Assembly (NCBI GenBank): GCA_965112155.1
Contig: OZ218106.1
Source: Podarcis liolepis
Lineage: Eukaryota
DNA length: 64,000 nt
Reading direction: 5' to 3' (one strand)
Of the stretch, positions 12,001-24,982 are shown one piece after another (within the stretch, counting starts at the first letter, position 1; each line of letters begins with the position of its first letter). Under the pieces are notes generated by a model. That model did not search any database and was not told where the DNA came from. It saw nothing but the letters and a program-made list of their open reading frames with translations. The translations under genes were made by a program, and so were the position numbers.

Positions 12001-13281
12001 GATAGAACTTTACAGCATTCGTCCTTCCCGCACTTATTCATGTAAGCAGGTCTACCAGATTGAGCTCTAAGGTATTGTTATGAATCCCTCTTGCTGTAGT
12101 GCTGCATGCTGGCATTTAATTAGGTCTGTACACATACTTGGGCTTTAACTAGATGTGGCTCTGCCACAAGGTTGTAAAGCAGGGAGTGATGTAAAGCAGA
12201 GGAGTAGCAAGTGGGTGAGGGGTCCCGAATCCTTGCCCTGCCTGCCACTTTAATCCCAACAACCCCACCAGCTAGCCACATTTCTCCTGGCAAGGCCCTT
12301 GAGGTTGATGGTAAGCTCAGCTGAAAGAAACAGGCAGAGGAGACTGGAGTTAAATCTAGCAGTGTGTGGAGGAACTTCTCCCACCCACAGTGCTTCCCCT
12401 TTAGATCACCTCTTCCACACCCTGTGTTATGGCTGTGGCACATCCCATGTTGTAAGGTAGCCTTTGCCAACCCTCCAGGTGTTTCCGACTGCCAAATCCC
12501 ATCAGCCCCATCCTTCATGGCTATGCCAGATGGTGCTGATGAGAATTTCAGTAAGCCATCTGAATGGCACTGGGTTGTAAGACGTGTGTGTGTTACCAAT
12601 CTCCAGGACCCCCAATGTGAGGATTTGTTTTATGTGCAACGTTGTTTACTCTCTTGGTTTTGTACAGCTATACATTTCTTTGCAACCCACTCCTCTTGTT
12701 TTATCACACAGAGGGTACCTCATTAATATAGCTCCGTATTGTTATGATTGTAAATATTCATGCAATGGAATTATTAATTAGAATAATAAGTCTCCTGTGT
12801 GCCTTTCTAAAAGTCACACTATTACTTTACAAATTATTCACTCTGTACAGAATGTGCACTTGCACAATTAATGAAGAAGGCAATTTCTCTAAGGACACAG
12901 AGCTTGTGAGGGTGCCACTAATCCTATTAAAAAGTGATGTCTATAACAGTTTTTCTTAATGTTATGCTTCCAAATGCAAAAAACAAAACAAAAAACCAAG
13001 AAACTTTGGAATAGAAGAACTCAACTGAATACTGTCAGCATAAGTAACATCAGTTTGTATAACTATTGCTTTCAAGTTAACCCTTGAGATTACTTATATG
13101 TGAAATAAATTGGAGAGGGAGGTTATTTTCTTCAAAACTAATCGCAAAGGAAGCATATTCTGTACTAGCTGGTCATTATAGGAACAACTGCTTAGAAATT
13201 GGTGCCTGTTTTTCTGATTTTCCTATTTCCTTTCTTTCATTTCCCCTGTATGTCAAAATTTTTGCCCAGGCAGGAACATTA

Positions 13282-13555
13282 TGTGACCCATGAGAGCAGC
13301 AAAATACAATGGTGATGGGATAAAATCAGACCAAGTCTTTATTGATAGCAGCAGGCAGGGCAAGGGTTGACATGGCATTGGGTACCAGGATCAGTTCAGC
13401 ATTGCCCAGTGAAGGCTCTGACCTGAGGGTGGGTAGGTGGGAAGCTCTCAAAGCAAACTGTTCCAGAGCTCCAGGGGAAGCAGCCTTATACAGGCTTTCC
13501 CCTCCCCTTTTCAGCAAGGGCTCATGGGGCAAGTTTTTCCCATGAGTCCATCACA
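13282..13555 (-). mobile_element. Possible short solo LTR in the 3' UTR
   Basis: TGTGA...TCACA ends; minus-strand TATA-like TGTATAA (~13486-13492) and AATAAA (13338-13343) in LTR order; flanks only partly match (CATTA/CATAG). Confidence 0.4.
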
Positions 13556-13794
13556 CATAGAGGATACTGGGCAAAACCTTCCCCAGTAAGAGCAGAACAC
13601 AGACACTCTAAATAAATAATATTTAAATAAGAAAAACTACTATGATACAAATAAACTGGAATGATTTCCTAACTATAGGGGCTTGAGGAGCAGCAGAAGT
13701 TTGAGAAATGGTGTCCTTTAAATATACACACAAGCCAACTATTTAACTATAGTTCAAGTTAGGAATTTATGTTAACAAAAGACTGTTTTTAATA

Positions 13795-14075
13795 TCAGCA
13801 CAGTGGCTAACCGGATGCCAGTGGGAAGCCTACAGGCAGTGGATGATCACAACAGCACTCTCAATTTGTGTTTCACAGCAACTGGTATTAAGAAATACAT
13901 TGTCTCCAATACTGAAGGTAATATACAGACATATTGACTAACACTTATTGACAGCCTGATATTCCATGACTTTGTATAATGCCATTTTAAAGCCATCCAT
14001 GTCAGTCACCATCACATCGCTACAACTTTGGATTCCATATATGCTGTGTGAATAACTACTTCCTTCTTTCTCCTG
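13795..14075 (-). mobile_element. CR1 LINE 3' fragment (old)
   Basis: CAGTGGCTAACCGGATGCC..GGGAAGCC..CAGCAACTGGTATT..TTTTAAAGCCATCC matches the antisense squamate CR1 3' region. Confidence 0.65.
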
Positions 14076-15778
14076 TTGCCAGAAACCTATGACTATAAGC
14101 AAGATTACCAATGCAGAATAGCAACTTACTTTGCAACAGAGGTTTTAGTGAGAGGTTAACCTCTACTTCAAACCAAAGGCAAACAACATATGATGTTCAA
14201 GATGAATATTTAAATATTAATACTTTTGCAATAGGAAGTTAGGAAATGTTTGAGTTTGGAGGAAGAATTTTCTTTGATTTCAGTTGATAACTTGGGACTA
14301 AAGTTTACAAGATATAGGGTGGGACAAAAGTTACACAAGAAAACACCAAGACTTGTGTGTGCAAAGTGAGTAGTGGGTTTGTCTGTGTGCTTCTTGTTCA
14401 AAGAAAAGTAAAACCATACAACATGTCACCAGCTACTCCTTAATTCTGTGCTGAGTTTCAAAAACAGTTGGCCATTTGGCTTTTGTCCATAGCAAACAGA
14501 ATTCCAAAGCTGTCTGAGGCATACACCATTCATTACTTGGTTCTTAAGCTTCTGGGCATAATTCCCAAATTTCCAGACTGGAAATAACCAAAGTTTTGGT
14601 AGCTGTCATTTTTAAAAGAAACTGTTAAAACTGGGAAATAATCCATATGCCTAATGAAAGCATTTGTTCTTAAGATGCTTTATCACAAACACAGGGAAGA
14701 TGCTAACCTCCCTTATGGTCCAACCCTATAAGCTTCTGTGCTTTTAAGTATTAGGCAGAAGGACAGCTGCATTGAAGCAACACAGGTTTTGCTACTGGGC
14801 TAGTGGGATGAGATAGGGCATGGTAGGACTGAGGCTAGGATTGGAGACAATAGGCTCTATCTTCTTAAAGGCTTTCCAGTCATCAATAAAGTGTTGCCAA
14901 TAATTCAGCTGAATCAGCACAATCCAGTGTATCCAATATAATGTGTTTGTGCTGATTTGCAGCTGAGAAACAGTACAGCACCCTGCCCAAGTGACCTCGT
15001 GCAGGATGCTGCTGTGGCTGTGTCGGCACCGTTCATTCAGAGAGTGTTTTTCTGTAAATACATTGCTAGGTTCATCTAAAGTAGGAGTAAGGAAAGTGGT
15101 GCCCTTCCAACAGGGTTGAACTCCAGATCCCACCCACCAAAGCAAACATGGTCAATGGTCAGGGATTATGAGAGTTGTAGTTCAACAACATATGGAAGGC
15201 ATCACATTAGCTACTCCTGGTATAAAAGAACAGGATGCCCATCCATATCAGCAAGAACTAAAAAGGTAAATAGAGTGTACATAGTTTTGAACTTGGTAGT
15301 GTTCTCAATGAAACAAAAACAGATATTAACAAGGGATGGAGTAATTTTGCACTCACATTTTTTTACTCCTTTCTTTCTTTAGGCCCAAAACACACAATAC
15401 AGACATTATCACTCTTGTTTTTTTTAGCTATCTTGAACATTTTTAAACAAATGTTCATTTACACTACAGTACAAATCATCATGTTAAAAACTGATCCCTT
15501 CCCTTGTATGATAAAGGGAATTTCAGATTACATTGACTCTATTCTCATAGGAGAGCATACACTTTGTTCCACAAAGGTTCCATAGCTTCTCCTTTCAAGA
15601 ATGTGGCCTGAGTCCACAGTACCAGATAACCACACATAAAAATACTGACACTATAAAACAGTTCCCTCCACAGTTCATTATTTCTCCATGTTGCCTAGGA
15701 AGGTGAACACATACACATTTCCTTGACTGATGAAGAAGCTGGTTGCTTGGCCTCTCTGCTGCTTTCAGTTGCAGAAGA

Positions 15779-15846
15779 TCATGATGTGGCACTCCCCTCT
15801 GATGGAACAACTTCCAAGATGATTTGCAATGTTAACGTTGTCTTGT
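15779..15846 (-). CDS. SLC7A11: SLC7A11 terminal exon 12, coding part to TGA
   Basis: 68 nt after ctttatag acceptor; KTTLTLQIILEVVPSEGSATS*, matching the xCT C-terminal TLQIILEVVP. Confidence 0.96.
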
Positions 15847-16257
15847 CTATAAAGGACAAAAATAGAGGAGATTTTTTGAAAGGTTCTATGAAAGGCCATT
15901 TGTAAGATTAATCTTGCATGCAACAGAGGGTTGGATCTCTGGACTAACAGTGCAATCTTAACCATGTCTACTCAGAAGTTGAATCCTACTAAATTCAATG
16001 GGGTTTATTTCCAAAGAAATTGAGGTTAGGATTGCAGCCTAAATTAGATGAATTTAGGCTCCCATTGATTTCAGTGGCACATTTGAATTTACTTGCTCCA
16101 TTGATTTCAATGGGACTTAAAGTAAACTAACTTAAGTCCAGTTCTCACAGAATGCTAAGCCAAACCTTAGTTTAGCATGAACATAAAAAATTGTAGGCTC
16201 CTGGAGAGCAGACTTAGGTCACTTTATTTGTCCTCCAGTACTACTGCAGCTGCACTA

Positions 16258-16571
16258 GTAAAGGTAAAGGGTAAAGGGACCCCGACCATTAGGTCCACTC
16301 TGGGTTGCGGCGCTCATCTCGTTTTACTGGCTGGGTCATGTGGCCAGCATAACTAAGCTGCTTCTGACAAACCAGAGCAGCACACGGAACCACCGTTTAC
16401 CTTCCCTCCAGAGCAGTACCTATTTATCTACTTGCACTTCGTTCTTTTGAACTGCTAGGTTGGCAGGAGCAGGGACCGAGCAACGGGAGCTCGCTCCATC
16501 ACGGGGATTCGAACTGCCAACCTTCTGATCGGCAAGCCCAAGAGGCTCAGTAGTTTAACCCACAGCACCAC
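16258..16571 (-). mobile_element. Sauria SINE (near full length), intron 11
   Basis: (ACCTTT)n tail reads GTAAAGGTAAAGG on plus; body GGGTCATGTGGCCAGCAT..GTTTACCTTCCC..; tRNA B box GGGGATTCGAAC. Confidence 0.92.
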
Positions 16572-17439
16572 TACTATGAGCTAAACTATAGCTCACATGT
16601 TATCCAAACCCAGGTTCACCCAGGTCTTTGGATGCAACTCAGTGTAACATTATATTGTAACATTATATTAGCTTGCTAGAACATGGTCAACGTGCAGTCA
16701 ATCTTCTAGTCACTGAGATAGAAAAGCATACAATTCATCTAGTACCAAACTACATTTAACAAAGCATTGCATATTTAAGTAAACAATAACCATTATATTT
16801 CAATTAAAAATGATTACATAGTTTAACAAATTACAGTTCTCCAGGCATTAATCATATACGGCGAAATACACTAATATCTGTAAATATTATCTTAGCCAGG
16901 TTTGCAATGCATGTCTGTATCACTTACAGGTATTTGTATTTTCTCGTGCCAGAGAAAACAATAGGCTTCTTTTTAAGAGCTCAAAGAATCAGCTGCATTG
17001 CCACAGCAAGCAGAAATCAAGTCTCTCCAGTAACTGCCTAGAAGGGAATGTTTTCTTTTTGCTCGCATAAAATGGTTCAATACTGGCATCCTGTGGCCAC
17101 ACTGATTCATAAAAATATGATCCAAAAGCTTTGGAAATGTTGACTATCGAGTGAAAGATATTGCTTCCATTGCCTTATTCTCAGACAGAGAAAAATAAAC
17201 TGCTATAGGCATCAGTTTTAATAGCAGGAAAGATTCCTACAGAATGTCATGTGCATTTTTATTTTATATTCCTTTTACTCATGGCACTGTTTTTAAGTGA
17301 TCTAATTTTATCATGGTTAAGAAGACAGATCATTATTCTCAAATCTGCACTGTAGAGTCAAATTATTTCACAAATTCTAATGCTGATTTCACTGATAACT
17401 ATTTTGCTGTGTTCTGCTGCTAAGCTACAAGTGGAATTA

Positions 17440-17646
17440 CAGTGGTACCTCAGGTTAAATATGCTTCAGGTTACATATGCTTCAGGTTACAGACTCCACT
17501 AACCCAGAAATATTACCTCGGGTTAAGAACTTTTGCGGCAGCAGCGGGAGGCCCCATTAGTTAAAGTGGTGCTTCAGGTTAAGAACAGTTTCAGGTTAAG
17601 AACGGACCTCCAGAACGAATTAAGTACGTAACCAGAGGTACCACTG
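17440..17646. mobile_element. Tc1/mariner (Tigger/pogo-like) MITE, copy 1
   Basis: TIR CAGTGGTACCTC / GAGGTACCACTG with TA TSD. Confidence 0.9.
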
Positions 17647-17954
17647 TATCTACCTTATAAGATTCTTGTCCTGCTTTTATGTAATTAGATAATTGAAAAA
17701 ATCCAGTACACCTTGAAGTAGTGCAGTAAATTGAAAGTAGAAAAGTTCATTTTTTCAAGTCAAGTCGTGAGAAGGCTGCCAACTTCAGAAGAAACTCTGT
17801 TATACTAGCACATACACTTAAAACAAAAGCAAACTTTGTGTTTTCAGTATAGGGATGGCTAATTTGATTCTGGGTGAGAAAGAAAAACAGGCTGAGTGTG
17901 GATTTTTTACAGGTGAAAAGTGCCTTTGAGAAATGGTGGCTGACACTTGCCTTT

Positions 17955-18103
17955 TGCCTTGCTGGGAATCACAAGCAGGGAAAGTGCTACTGCATTCAGG
18001 TCTTTCTTGTGGGTTTCCCATAGGCATCAGGCTGACCACTGTGAGAACAGGGTGCTCCACTATGGGCCATTGGACTAATTCAGCAGGTTCTTCTTATGCT
18101 TAA
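17955..18103 (+). mobile_element. CR1 LINE 3' fragment
   Basis: ..CCACTGTGAGAACAGG..GGGCCATTGG..CAGCAGG..TTCTTATG tail. Confidence 0.65.
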
Positions 18104-18808
18104 GTAAAATTAATACTTATTTTTTGTGGTGCTATCTTTAGCACCTAGGTTTGGGTCATAAATCAGCCCTGAATTTGCACAAATTACTTGTGGTATTTAG
18201 TACTAATCATGGAAATATTGGCTGCTGTTGACATCTCCTAGTAGTTGATCAATACTGATCAGAGATTAATTGCATTTGCTTTACAGCTGAACAGCTCTCT
18301 TTAACATGGATCAAACACAACCAAAATTCTGATGTCAATACACGGGACAATGACAGAAACAAACTGGGTCAAAGTAGGCTATTGGGGATGGGGGGATATG
18401 GTTCTCTCACTATATGTTCTTTTCCAAGCAGATAGAGATAGTCCATGATAAGTGCCAGTAAGGTAAAATAAAAGTTCAATATCATTTACTGCTTGACCAG
18501 AGAGCATGGCCCCATGGCTTTTGTTAGATATATCCTTACTTAGGGAATTTGAGGGGAGATTCAGTAATTTGAAACAGCTTTTGTTCAAAGAGTAATACTT
18601 CAAGTATTGAGTTCTACTGGTACAGAATAACTGCTTAATAAATTGACATTTACATAAAAAATAATGAGGTAGATGCCTTACTGTGGCGATGAAACTAGTG
18701 GATACAAAGCCTCCCAAAAAAATTAAAACTTGCAGTTTTCAGAGTTACTGTATGGTCTAAAGCTGAATGTACAACAAAGAGAATGATTTCCTATTGGCGT
18801 TTACTCAC

Positions 18809-18986
18809 CTAACAGCCGTCTAAACCACGTTGGCTTCTTGTCCCATATGATAAAGAGGTAGTAGGCAGGGACGCCAGTCAGTGTAATTGCAAAGCCAATG
18901 CCAGTATTGACAGGGTCAGCATAAAGTGATAGTGCAACCATGAAGAGGCAGGTGAAAGAAAACAGAGCAGGAATAAAGAGCGGCAC
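18809..18986 (-). CDS. SLC7A11: SLC7A11 coding exon 11
   Basis: 178 nt, ttccag|...|gtgagt; [59 protein letters not shown](D). Confidence 0.98.
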
Positions 18987-20648
18987 CTGGAACACACACC
19001 AAAAGACGTTATTGCAATACCCTGACCTTGGCTATTGAATGACGCTGGTATTTAATGTTCCATGAAATATAAATCGGATAAAACACAGGGGCACACTGCA
19101 AGTCTCATAGAAATACAGGTGTTCAGGACAGGCACTGCAAATACAAGTAGCTAAAGAGAGCAAATTAAATGCACTTTTATGTAATAGGCATCCCAACAGC
19201 TGCTTAATTACCCACTCAGACAAACACTACATTGCTATGCACAGTCTTTAAATTGGAAGTCTTGTAAATGCATTTTCTAGTACCGACTCCCTTTCTCAAG
19301 CTTCTATTGGAGTAGAAGGCAGGAGCAACTGCAGCAAAGATGGCGCCTTTTGTAATTGCTCATTAGAATCAATTTTACAATGAAGGAAGGTGCCTAGGTT
19401 ACGGGCTGCCTTTTAAAACCATTAAGTACATATTGATTTTCTTTCCCAAGTACAATAAATAACCTGGCAAGAGACTGCCAAATTAAATATCATTTTGGAC
19501 ATGGGCATTGATGGCTGATAGCATTATGCAGCCATCATAAACTTGGGAAAATATGTGCTTCTGTCATCACAACTGATAACATAATCTGAGATGATTTTAA
19601 AATCAAGAAAATGCTACAATATGAGTAACAGCTTCGGTTTCCAACAGCGATGCCTGTCACAACCACAAAAACCAATTAACAATAAAATCCAAGTAAACCG
19701 TCAAAAAATCCAAGCCAAAATTTAATTGGGGCGGAGGGGGATAGCAACAGCGAGGAACAACATAAAACTATCATCCATCAAATGCTCAGAGCAGTAAGGC
19801 AGTTTTAAGTTGGTGTTGGACTACAGGAGCTACCATTTGGCAAACTGAGGCAACTGCCTCAGGCAACGGATGTGGAGGGGTGGCAGACTGCAACTCCCAG
19901 TGGCTTGTTTTTTGCCTCTGCTGGCCTGGATGATGCAGCAACTGCCCAGCAAGGCTCTCTGACTCCACCTCCTTCCTCTCTGACTCTCATAGGAAGGACC
20001 AAGGCGATCTTTCCACAAAGCAAAGCATTCTGGGTAGGGTGGCTGTGATATTACTAGTGCTGCCCCTGCAGTTTGCTGCAGCAGGGACAAATGATGTCTA
20101 GAATTAGAGGAGCAGTGGCAAAGCCAGTCTCACAGCCATGCTTCCCAGAATGCTCCACTTTGAGGAAGCACCCTTTTAGACCTTCCTAGCGCAAGGCTGG
20201 GAGAGAGGAGGTGGGGCGCTTCGCTAGCGCTAGCAGTGATGCTAGAGCAACAGGGAAATTAACGTTGCTGAGGAAATAAATGAGAGTGGGAGCAGTGCTG
20301 CTATTGCCATGAAAAGGAGGGGGAGCGAGGAACACAGCAGTAGTGATGGCTAAGGTGTTGGAATCTCTTGCACCCGCCCTGGTTAGTGCCAAATAAATAT
20401 TTTTGTGAAGGCATTGCTCAACAACGGTACCACAGCTGACCTAGCCTTATTCCTGGTCGCCACCCACTGAACCTCTGAAAAGACCCAGAAAAAGACCTTA
20501 GAAGTCGATCTCATAGAATGCACAAGTTTGTATAGAAGTAAGTGTGTGACTACAAAATATATTTTCCATTAAAATGCCTATGGGGGAGAGGAGGCACACA
20601 TGGTATAAACATGGCATTTATGTAAAACAGTGGTATTCCTGAGGTTAC

Positions 20649-20798
20649 CTTGAAAGGACGAGGCATCTCAGGGCGCTTATATCGGAGGTAAATCATCCCA
20701 GCAACTGCCACGCCTATAAAAAGCCACCGGGCAAAACTGAGGAAGTTCAAGAGGCTGTAGAGATCACTGGAGAAGAGCATGATCATTGTCAGAGGGTG
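20649..20798 (-). CDS. SLC7A11: SLC7A11 coding exon 10
   Basis: 150 nt, ttgcag|...|gtaacc; [50 protein letters not shown]. Confidence 0.98.
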
Positions 20799-21087
20799 CT
20801 GCAAAATAGATTAAAAGGAGAAGTGTGCTTTATTGCCCAAACTGTTATTGCCGTATTTCCTTATATTAACATTGTGGTGCCCCCATAGTTCTTAGCACAC
20901 TACATCAGGTGTGGGGAACTTCCAGCCCTTCTTCGCCTACTAGTGGTCCAATTTGACCCACAAAGCCTTTTTCCCAAAATCATGCCCACCTGCCCATCAG
21001 CAAACCCAACTCATTATGCCAGCTGATGGGTGGGAGGACAAAGTTAAATCCTGTGTTGGGTAGGTTACCAAAAAATTTGATTCAGTA

Positions 21088-21328
21088 CAGTGGAAGCTTG
21101 GTTCTCAAATGCCTTGGTACCTGAACATTTCAGCTCCCAAACACTGAAAGCCCAGAAGTAAATGTTCCAGTTTTTGAACGTTTTTCAGAAGCCAAACGTC
21201 CAATGTGGCTGTCAGCTATTGTTTCCAGGGCGCCTTTGCCAATCAGAACCTGTGCCTTGATTTTTGAACGTTTTGGAAGTCAAACGGACTTCCAGAATGG
21301 ATTACATTTGATAACCAAGGTACCATTA
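21088..21328. mobile_element. Tc1/mariner (Tigger-like) MITE, second family
   Basis: TA-CAGTGGAAGCTTGGTT ... AACCAAGGTACCATTA-TA imperfect TIRs with TA TSD. Confidence 0.7.
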
Positions 21329-22299
21329 TATTTAAAAACAGTTAAAACAATTTACCTTAACAGGAATTGGGCGGGTACTGAAAAAAACATATCTCATATG
21401 TCAATGGCTAAGGTAAAGAAGTGTGCCTTTAGCATTCGCTGAAAGCTATATAGTGATTTGTGGAGAGGGAATTCAACAATCTTGGGGCTGCCCCCGAGAA
21501 TGCCCTCTCCTAGGCTACAAATTATGTGATTTAGAAAGCAGCATTGTTTCTATTGTTCCTGCTGTGAGGATGTTTCTGTGATAAAGATGACACAGATAAT
21601 GGAAAATTCAGAATCACAACCATATGAATTCCACATGAATTGCATTGTAAAAATCCACATGTCATCTTACTTCAACAGGACCAGAGGAGATAAATATGTT
21701 TATTTGGGAATCGGCGTTATTGTTTCTAAAGAACTTGTATCCAAGCCAGTACACCAAGGAGTATAGCTTTGGATTCTCCAAAACAAAAATATGAAAAAAT
21801 CATAGAAATCCGAAAACAAACATTATTTTATAACCTGGAACCACTGCCCTGAAGGCAGGTGGCAATACCAATCTATCTATTACTGTTGTTTGCATTTTCT
21901 CTGCAAGATACCTGTAATGTGACTTCAGGGTCTTACCAGAGAGTACACTAGTGTGTAGCTTTTATGTAGAATTTTATTACTCTGCATCCCTATCTAGGAA
22001 GATTCATTCCATTGAGAGGAGCTTAGCTAATCACTCTCTTTCAACCTTTCAAATAAAACATAATGAGGTGTGATTTAGGCACCAGCCAGCGAGAGTTAAA
22101 TGCAACTAACAGAGAGTCAAAAGGAGGAGTCTCTAGAATAGATCACCTCTGCAATTACTTTCCACCCCTCACATGCGTATAATGTATGAGATAGAAATAA
22201 ATAACTGAGATTCAAGAAGTATTTAAATGGCATTTGAATCCTCCAGTGCAGATTCATGCCATGCAGCCTTGTACAGGGACATTTGTTTATAGGAATTAC

Positions 22300-22396
22300 C
22301 AAAACAATGACAGCTGGTAAAGGAGTGTGCTTGCGAACATGAATCATGGACAGAATCTCAGGAAGGTGACCCTCGCGGGATGCGACGTAGAACATC
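22300..22396 (-). CDS. SLC7A11: SLC7A11 coding exon 9
   Basis: 97 nt, caccag|...|gtaatt; [32 protein letters not shown]. Confidence 0.98.
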
Positions 22397-22944
22397 CTGG
22401 TGGGAAAATAAATTTGGACAGCTTTTAAAGACACTCATTACCAAGATGAATGGAAGCAACTCACTAGAGGTGTAGAACACATTCAAAGTTATCCTCAGCA
22501 GTGCTGGTTTTTTTACTATGCAAGACAAGCATCAGAAGTTCTGATGTAAAAGAAATTTAGAAGCCCGGGAAATCAGCATGAACATTTCTACCTTCAGCCA
22601 CTCTTAGTCAGTCTTCAAAAACAAGGGCCAGTTAACATTGCTTCAGTTTTCTTTTCTCTCCTTTTGTGCTAAGCCACTATCACTGCAATATTACAGCAAA
22701 CAGAAATTGCTGTTTAAATTCCATTGAAATGAATGGGAAGTGTGCAAGATTATAGCTGTATTCTTGCCCTGCCTCTATACATTTCACTGAATTGTATTCA
22801 GTGGTATTGAAGCAAAGGAGAGGAAAATTCACTGCAAACTAATGCCATTATTTAATGTTGATTTTCCCCCTTTGAAGTAATATTCCCAGTTTGCATGCTA
22901 AATCCAAATTTTATGGCTTTACCCTCACCCCACATTTGACTCAC

Positions 22945-23048
22945 CTGGAGACAGCAAAGATCCCACCATTCATAGATCCGAAGCAAGAGAGTGCAACAAA
23001 AATTGGGACAGCCAAGGAAAAACTTCCCAGTAAACGTTCAGCAAAAGT
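22945..23048 (-). CDS. SLC7A11: SLC7A11 coding exon 8
   Basis: 104 nt, tggcag|...|gtgagt; [34 protein letters not shown](R). Confidence 0.98.
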
Positions 23049-23223
23049 CTGCCAAAAGAGAGGGAAAGATGTATCAACTTAATTGGTAGAATTCCTCAAT
23101 ATCTTCTCCCATTCTTCAGTTTTAAGGACTTCATTCATTCAGTAAACTCTGTTTTCCATCATGATCAAGAAACTTATTCTGAAAACTTTACTCATTTGCA
23201 TGATACATTCTACTATGACTTAC

Positions 23224-23347
23224 CACTGCCACTGCTTGGGAAGCTAGCAGATCCTCAGGACTAATAGTTGTAAAATAGGCCACGTTGGTTAACACATAGC
23301 CAACTGTGACAATAACCATTGATGTGCAAATGGCAAGCGGTACATTT
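23224..23347 (-). CDS. SLC7A11: SLC7A11 coding exon 7
   Basis: 124 nt, tttcag|...|gtaagt; [41 protein letters not shown]. Confidence 0.98.
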
Positions 23348-23839
23348 CTGAAAGACAGAAAGAAATTTACTGTTATCCATCTGCAATCCAAAACTGAAGC
23401 AATCTGGTTGGCAAATATATGTTGACATATATATGTATATGACATATATATGTATGTCACTGCACTTCCATTGTGACGGATGCTTTTATATACTGGAAAA
23501 ATATTAAATACTGCAGCTCAAAGAACATATTTCAAATACCGTAATATGAATAATCAGGACTGCATAAATTGCAAACAGGACACAAATTGCGCCTTGGCTT
23601 TATTCGTAAATACTATTATCTGCCTGCTGTTGCTTACTCTGTAGAAAAGACCATACTGTAAGGAATTCTAACTGGCCTAATTAGCCATGCCATTTTGTTA
23701 ATATGCAAAGATACGGAAGTCAAAGTTTTTCCTCAATACCTTTTTCTCTACAGGTAGCATAAGATTTGTTTCTGAGTCAGTGGGACACAGACACTCGAAA
23801 GAATAATCCTCAAGCTGTAGCTTCACGTTTATTTATGAG

Positions 23840-24045
23840 ATCAAAGGGACTGGACCTGGGAAGCCAGGAATCATATCTGAGCTCAGCTATGGGCCATTGG
23901 GTTGCCTTAGGCAAATCATTAGCAGCTTCAGTTCACCTTCTGAAAAATGTTAATACTTATCTCAAAGAGTTGCCTCGATGATGAATGAGAGGATGGCTCT
24001 AAAGCACTTGACACATTTAAAGTGCTTTATATAGATTATTAATAA
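23840..24045 (+). mobile_element. Old MIR/CORE-type SINE
   Basis: CORE-like TGGGTTGCCTTAGGCAAATCA..CTTCAGTT..TCTGAAAAATG and tail AAAGCACTT..AAAGTGCTTTAT. Confidence 0.55.
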
Positions 24046-24846
24046 CACGACTCTCTCCTGGCAACTCAGTTGTGAATATTACTGGTTGGATGTAAAGTAC
24101 AGCTCCAGTAAATTTCCAGCAAAAGATATGATTGGAAAAATCAGGCCCATGAGAAGTGTGTGTATAAGTGAGTAAGTGAGATCAATGTATTCTAGAAATT
24201 CCAAAATTGACAGTCACCACAGAATTAAATATAAACTATATAAGGGGAAAATCAAAGATTTGTTTGTAGTATTCAGCACAATCTCACAGGTGGACCTCAT
24301 AAGATACCATGGAATTGCACTGAACAGAAGTAGGAAGACACACAAACAAGATGGCTATAATATTTCACACCCGACAAGCAGGATGATCCTGAATGAAGAC
24401 AATATAAGCTAATTTTTTTTGAGGAGGCACAACAGTTCACTAGAACTCCAAAAGACAGAATTCAAAATGTCCTATGTTAATGGCTTTGTAAAGTCACGTT
24501 GCCATTTTGAGGACAGCACAAAGGAATTACAATACAAAAATCATGCAATAAAAGCTAATGATCTGTGCCCTCAACAACCAGTCTGCAAAATCTACTTGAT
24601 CCATCCAGACTGGCGCTTCTCCCATCACCTCTCGAACCCATGAAACAAAGTTGCACCAGGTGTGTGAGTGCTGTTTCTGCTCATCATTCACCCCTGCATC
24701 CCGCCTCAACTGAGGTGAGGCCTAGACATTCTGTGGGAGTGGAAGATGGCATCCACAGCAGCCTCGTGGCATGGCACTTCTTCCCTCAGCCTGTGCTTAC
24801 GCCATGATAAAACCGATCTGCACACACTAGAATTGTCAGATTACAC

Positions 24847-24982
24847 CAAGCATAGGCAAACTCGGCCCTCCAGATGTTTTGAGACTACAGCTTCCATCAT
24901 CCCTAGCTAACAGGACCAGTGGTCAGGGATGATGGGAATTGTAGCCTCAAAGCATCTGGAGGGCCAAGTTTGCCTATGCCTG
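24847..24982. mobile_element. Palindromic ~135-bp hAT MITE
   Basis: Near-perfect inverted repeat over about 55 bp per arm; TSD GATTACAC/GATTATAC. Confidence 0.88.

Larger units (their letters stand above)
9010..15778 (-). other. SLC7A11: Putative long SLC7A11 3' UTR (distal end inferred)
   Basis: Follows the stop codon; AT-rich; candidate distal poly(A) signals at 9031-9049; mammalian SLC7A11 has a multi-kb 3' UTR. Confidence 0.5.

Noticed and set aside
12120-12726. 159-aa and 120-aa ORFs in the putative 3' UTR
   Set aside because: Overlap a decayed palindromic MITE; not protein-like
16644-16668. Short tandem duplications (also near 2626, 23424, 34340, 47333, 58319)
   Set aside because: Ordinary replication-slippage duplications; no spacer array, so not CRISPR-like
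18801-18808. Alternative C-terminus by intron 11 read-through (..LLGE*)
   Set aside because: Strong GTGAGT donor and an intact exon 12; no evidence of retention. ORF-track extensions of exons 7, 9 and 10 into introns are the same artefact
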